Shown piece after piece: positions 27,565-28,888 of a stretch of 28,888 nt of DNA. A program made the translations under genes and the position numbers. Position 1 is the first letter of the stretch. The number at the start of each line of letters is the position of its first letter. The notes under the pieces were generated by a model. The model had not been told where the DNA came from, made no database searches, and worked only from the letters and a program-made list of their open reading frames with translations. The DNA comes from Chthoniobacteraceae bacterium (GTDB taxonomy: Bacteria; Verrucomicrobiota; Verrucomicrobiia; Chthoniobacterales; Chthoniobacteraceae): NCBI GenBank assembly GCA_031409335.1, contig JANNWY010000164.1, forward strand, positions 1-28,888, given 5' to 3'.

Positions 27565-28404
27565 ATGAAAACCGTGCTCGAAGTCATCCAGGCGACGACA
27601 CCTTATCTGCAGAAGAACGGGGTCGAGAGTCCGCGGCTGAATATCGAACATCTGCTCGCGCATGTGCTCGGGAAGAAGCGGATGGATTTGTACATGGAAT
27701 TCGACCGACCGCTCGAAGATCAAGAACTGGAGCCGCTTCGCGCGCTGGTGAAGCGGCGGGCGGCGGGGGAGCCGTTGCAGCATTTGCTCGGAACGGTGGA
27801 GTTTTTGGGGAAGACGTTTCTTTGCGACAAGCGGGCGCTGGTGCCGCGTCCGGAGACGGAGCAGCTTTGTGAATTGACGATTGCGGATTGCGGATTGCGG
27901 ATTGGCGGAGGGCGCGTGCTCGATGTGGGGACGGGGAGTGGCGTGATCGCGCTTTCGCTCGCGGCGGTGTGGCCGGAGGCGCGCGTGGAAGGCGTCGATA
28001 TTTCCGAAGAGGCGCTGGCGCTGGCGCGCGAAAACGCGGCCCGGCTCGGGCTTGCGGAACGCGTCACTTTTTCCAAAAGCGATCTGCTCGAAAACGTCGC
28101 GGGCGAGTTCCAGCTCATCGTCGCAAATCTTCCGTACATCGCCGCCGCTGAGATTCCCGCGCTCGCGCGCGAAGTGCGGCAAGATCCGATGATCGCGCTG
28201 ACGGATGGCGCGGATGGATTTTCGCTGATCAAGAGATTGATCGCCACCGCGCCGAAACGTTTGCGTGGACTGCTCGCGCTGGAGATCGGCCATGAGCAAT
28301 CCGCGCGCGTTTGCGAGATGCTGGCCGGGCACAATTTCCAAGACATTCGCCCGCTCGCCGACTACCAAGGTCGCCAACGTTTCGTCTTCGCAAAATATAG
28401 ATAA
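27565..28404 (+). CDS. prmC: Release factor glutamine methyltransferase
   Basis: RRAAGEPLQH, LVPRPETE, LDVGTGSG, ANLPYI, LEIG. Confidence 0.96.
   Translation: MKTVLEVIQATTPYLQKNGVESPRLNIEHLLAHVLGKKRMDLYMEFDRPLEDQELEPLRALVKRRAAGEPLQHLLGTVEFLGKTFLCDKRALVPRPETEQLCELTIADCGLRIGGGRVLDVGTGSGVIALSLAAVWPEARVEGVDISEEALALARENAARLGLAERVTFSKSDLLENVAGEFQLIVANLPYIAAAEIPALAREVRQDPMIALTDGADGFSLIKRLIATAPKRLRGLLALEIGHEQSARVCEMLAGHNFQDIRPLADYQGRQRFVFAKYR
27880..27904. repeat. Perfect heptamer array (ATTGCGG)3.5 inside prmC
   Basis: Direct reading; encodes IADCGLRI in the linker between the PRPETE helix and the SAM motif. Confidence 0.93.
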
Positions 28405-28407
28405 GCA

Positions 28408-28571
28408 TAAATCCGGGAATGAAGATGACCGCGGATTTGCGCGGATTCAGAGATTTGCAACGCGAAGACCGCGAGCAAGACGTTCACCCAAGGGGTGAGA
28501 GTCGCATTTGTCGGAAGGGCCTCTGAATCCGCGTCAATCCGCGCAATCAGCGGCTTCCAATCCCGGATTTA
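28408..28571. repeat. Nested palindromic element downstream of prmC
   Basis: Outer IR TAAATCCGGGA (28408-28418) / TCCCGGATTTA (28561-28571). Inner IR CGCGGATTCAGAG (28440-28452) / CTCTGAATCCGCG (28521-28533), flanked by about 10-nt GCGGATT/AATCCGC units. Confidence 0.82.
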
Positions 28572-28749
28572 GGATAAGGTGCTCTTTCGTAGCGGCCTTA
28601 TTTCAGCGGGTGCGCTGGAGACTCCGTGAAATCAGATCGTCCGTCACCACGCCATGCCAGATGCGCCGGTCGTTTTCGCCGAAGAAGGTGCGCCAGCCAT
28701 CGTTGTAACTCAGCAACCGCCCACTTTCTTAACTTTCAGCCGGGAAACC

Positions 28750-28888
28750 TAGTGTAGTCCGTCAAGCAGATTGCACTTTATCGAGTTTGCGGCGACCCCG
28801 CTTAACCTTTTCGAGTATGTCTGCGGCAGCGGCCGTCCAAAGGATGGGTTTGGGATCGGCATTGTGAACCTGCAGATGCTCCTCGATT
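28750..28888 (-). mobile_element. Right end of a second IS630-family element
   Basis: The transposase stop is followed by CGGACTACACTA(G); TA at 28750-28751 within CTAG. Confidence 0.7.
28762..28888 (-). CDS. IS630-family transposase, C-terminal end (partial)
   Basis: Manual translation IEEHLQVHNADPKPILWTAAAADILEKVKRGRRKLDKVQSA* matches the 'HNxxPKPFxWTxxAxDILxKV' tail of IS630 transposases. Not in the ORF track. Confidence 0.85.
   Translation of the reverse strand, partial: IEEHLQVHNADPKPILWTAAAADILEKVKRGRRKLDKVQSA

Noticed and set aside
1..28888. Composite transposon bounded by the two IS630 ends
   Set aside because: The two transposase tails and ends differ in sequence, and the interior holds core genes (ftsY, nusB, rpmE, prfA). 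Contig breakage at repeats is the simpler explanation.

Overview
GC-rich bacterial chromosomal segment. PVC superphylum, probably Verrucomicrobiota, is inferred from a PVC-type CxxCH heme protein, a DUF5069-like protein and the DxDxDG surface-protein motifs. Both window ends are 3' ends of two different IS630-family transposases, so the window is probably a contig broken at IS copies. The left end carries a decayed large surface-protein gene and a deleted comB. The rest is mostly housekeeping or ordinary: MacAB-type ABC exporter, REC-MBL hydrolase, galM, DMT, C45 peptidase, Uma2, ABC-2 permease, a small TA pair, surA-pdxA, ribH-nusB-ftsY, PVC heme protein, AMP-binding ligase and rpmE-prfA-(inserted M50 protease)-prmC. 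The most unusual signal is a dense set of nine short 7-mer/6-mer tandem micro-arrays of six unit types. Some are inverted pairs forming hairpins at gene junctions; others are single arms translated in frame inside pdxA, prmC, an acyl-AMP ligase and two ABC subunits. Two nested palindromic MITE/REP-like elements are also present. All family calls come from motif recognition, not database searches.
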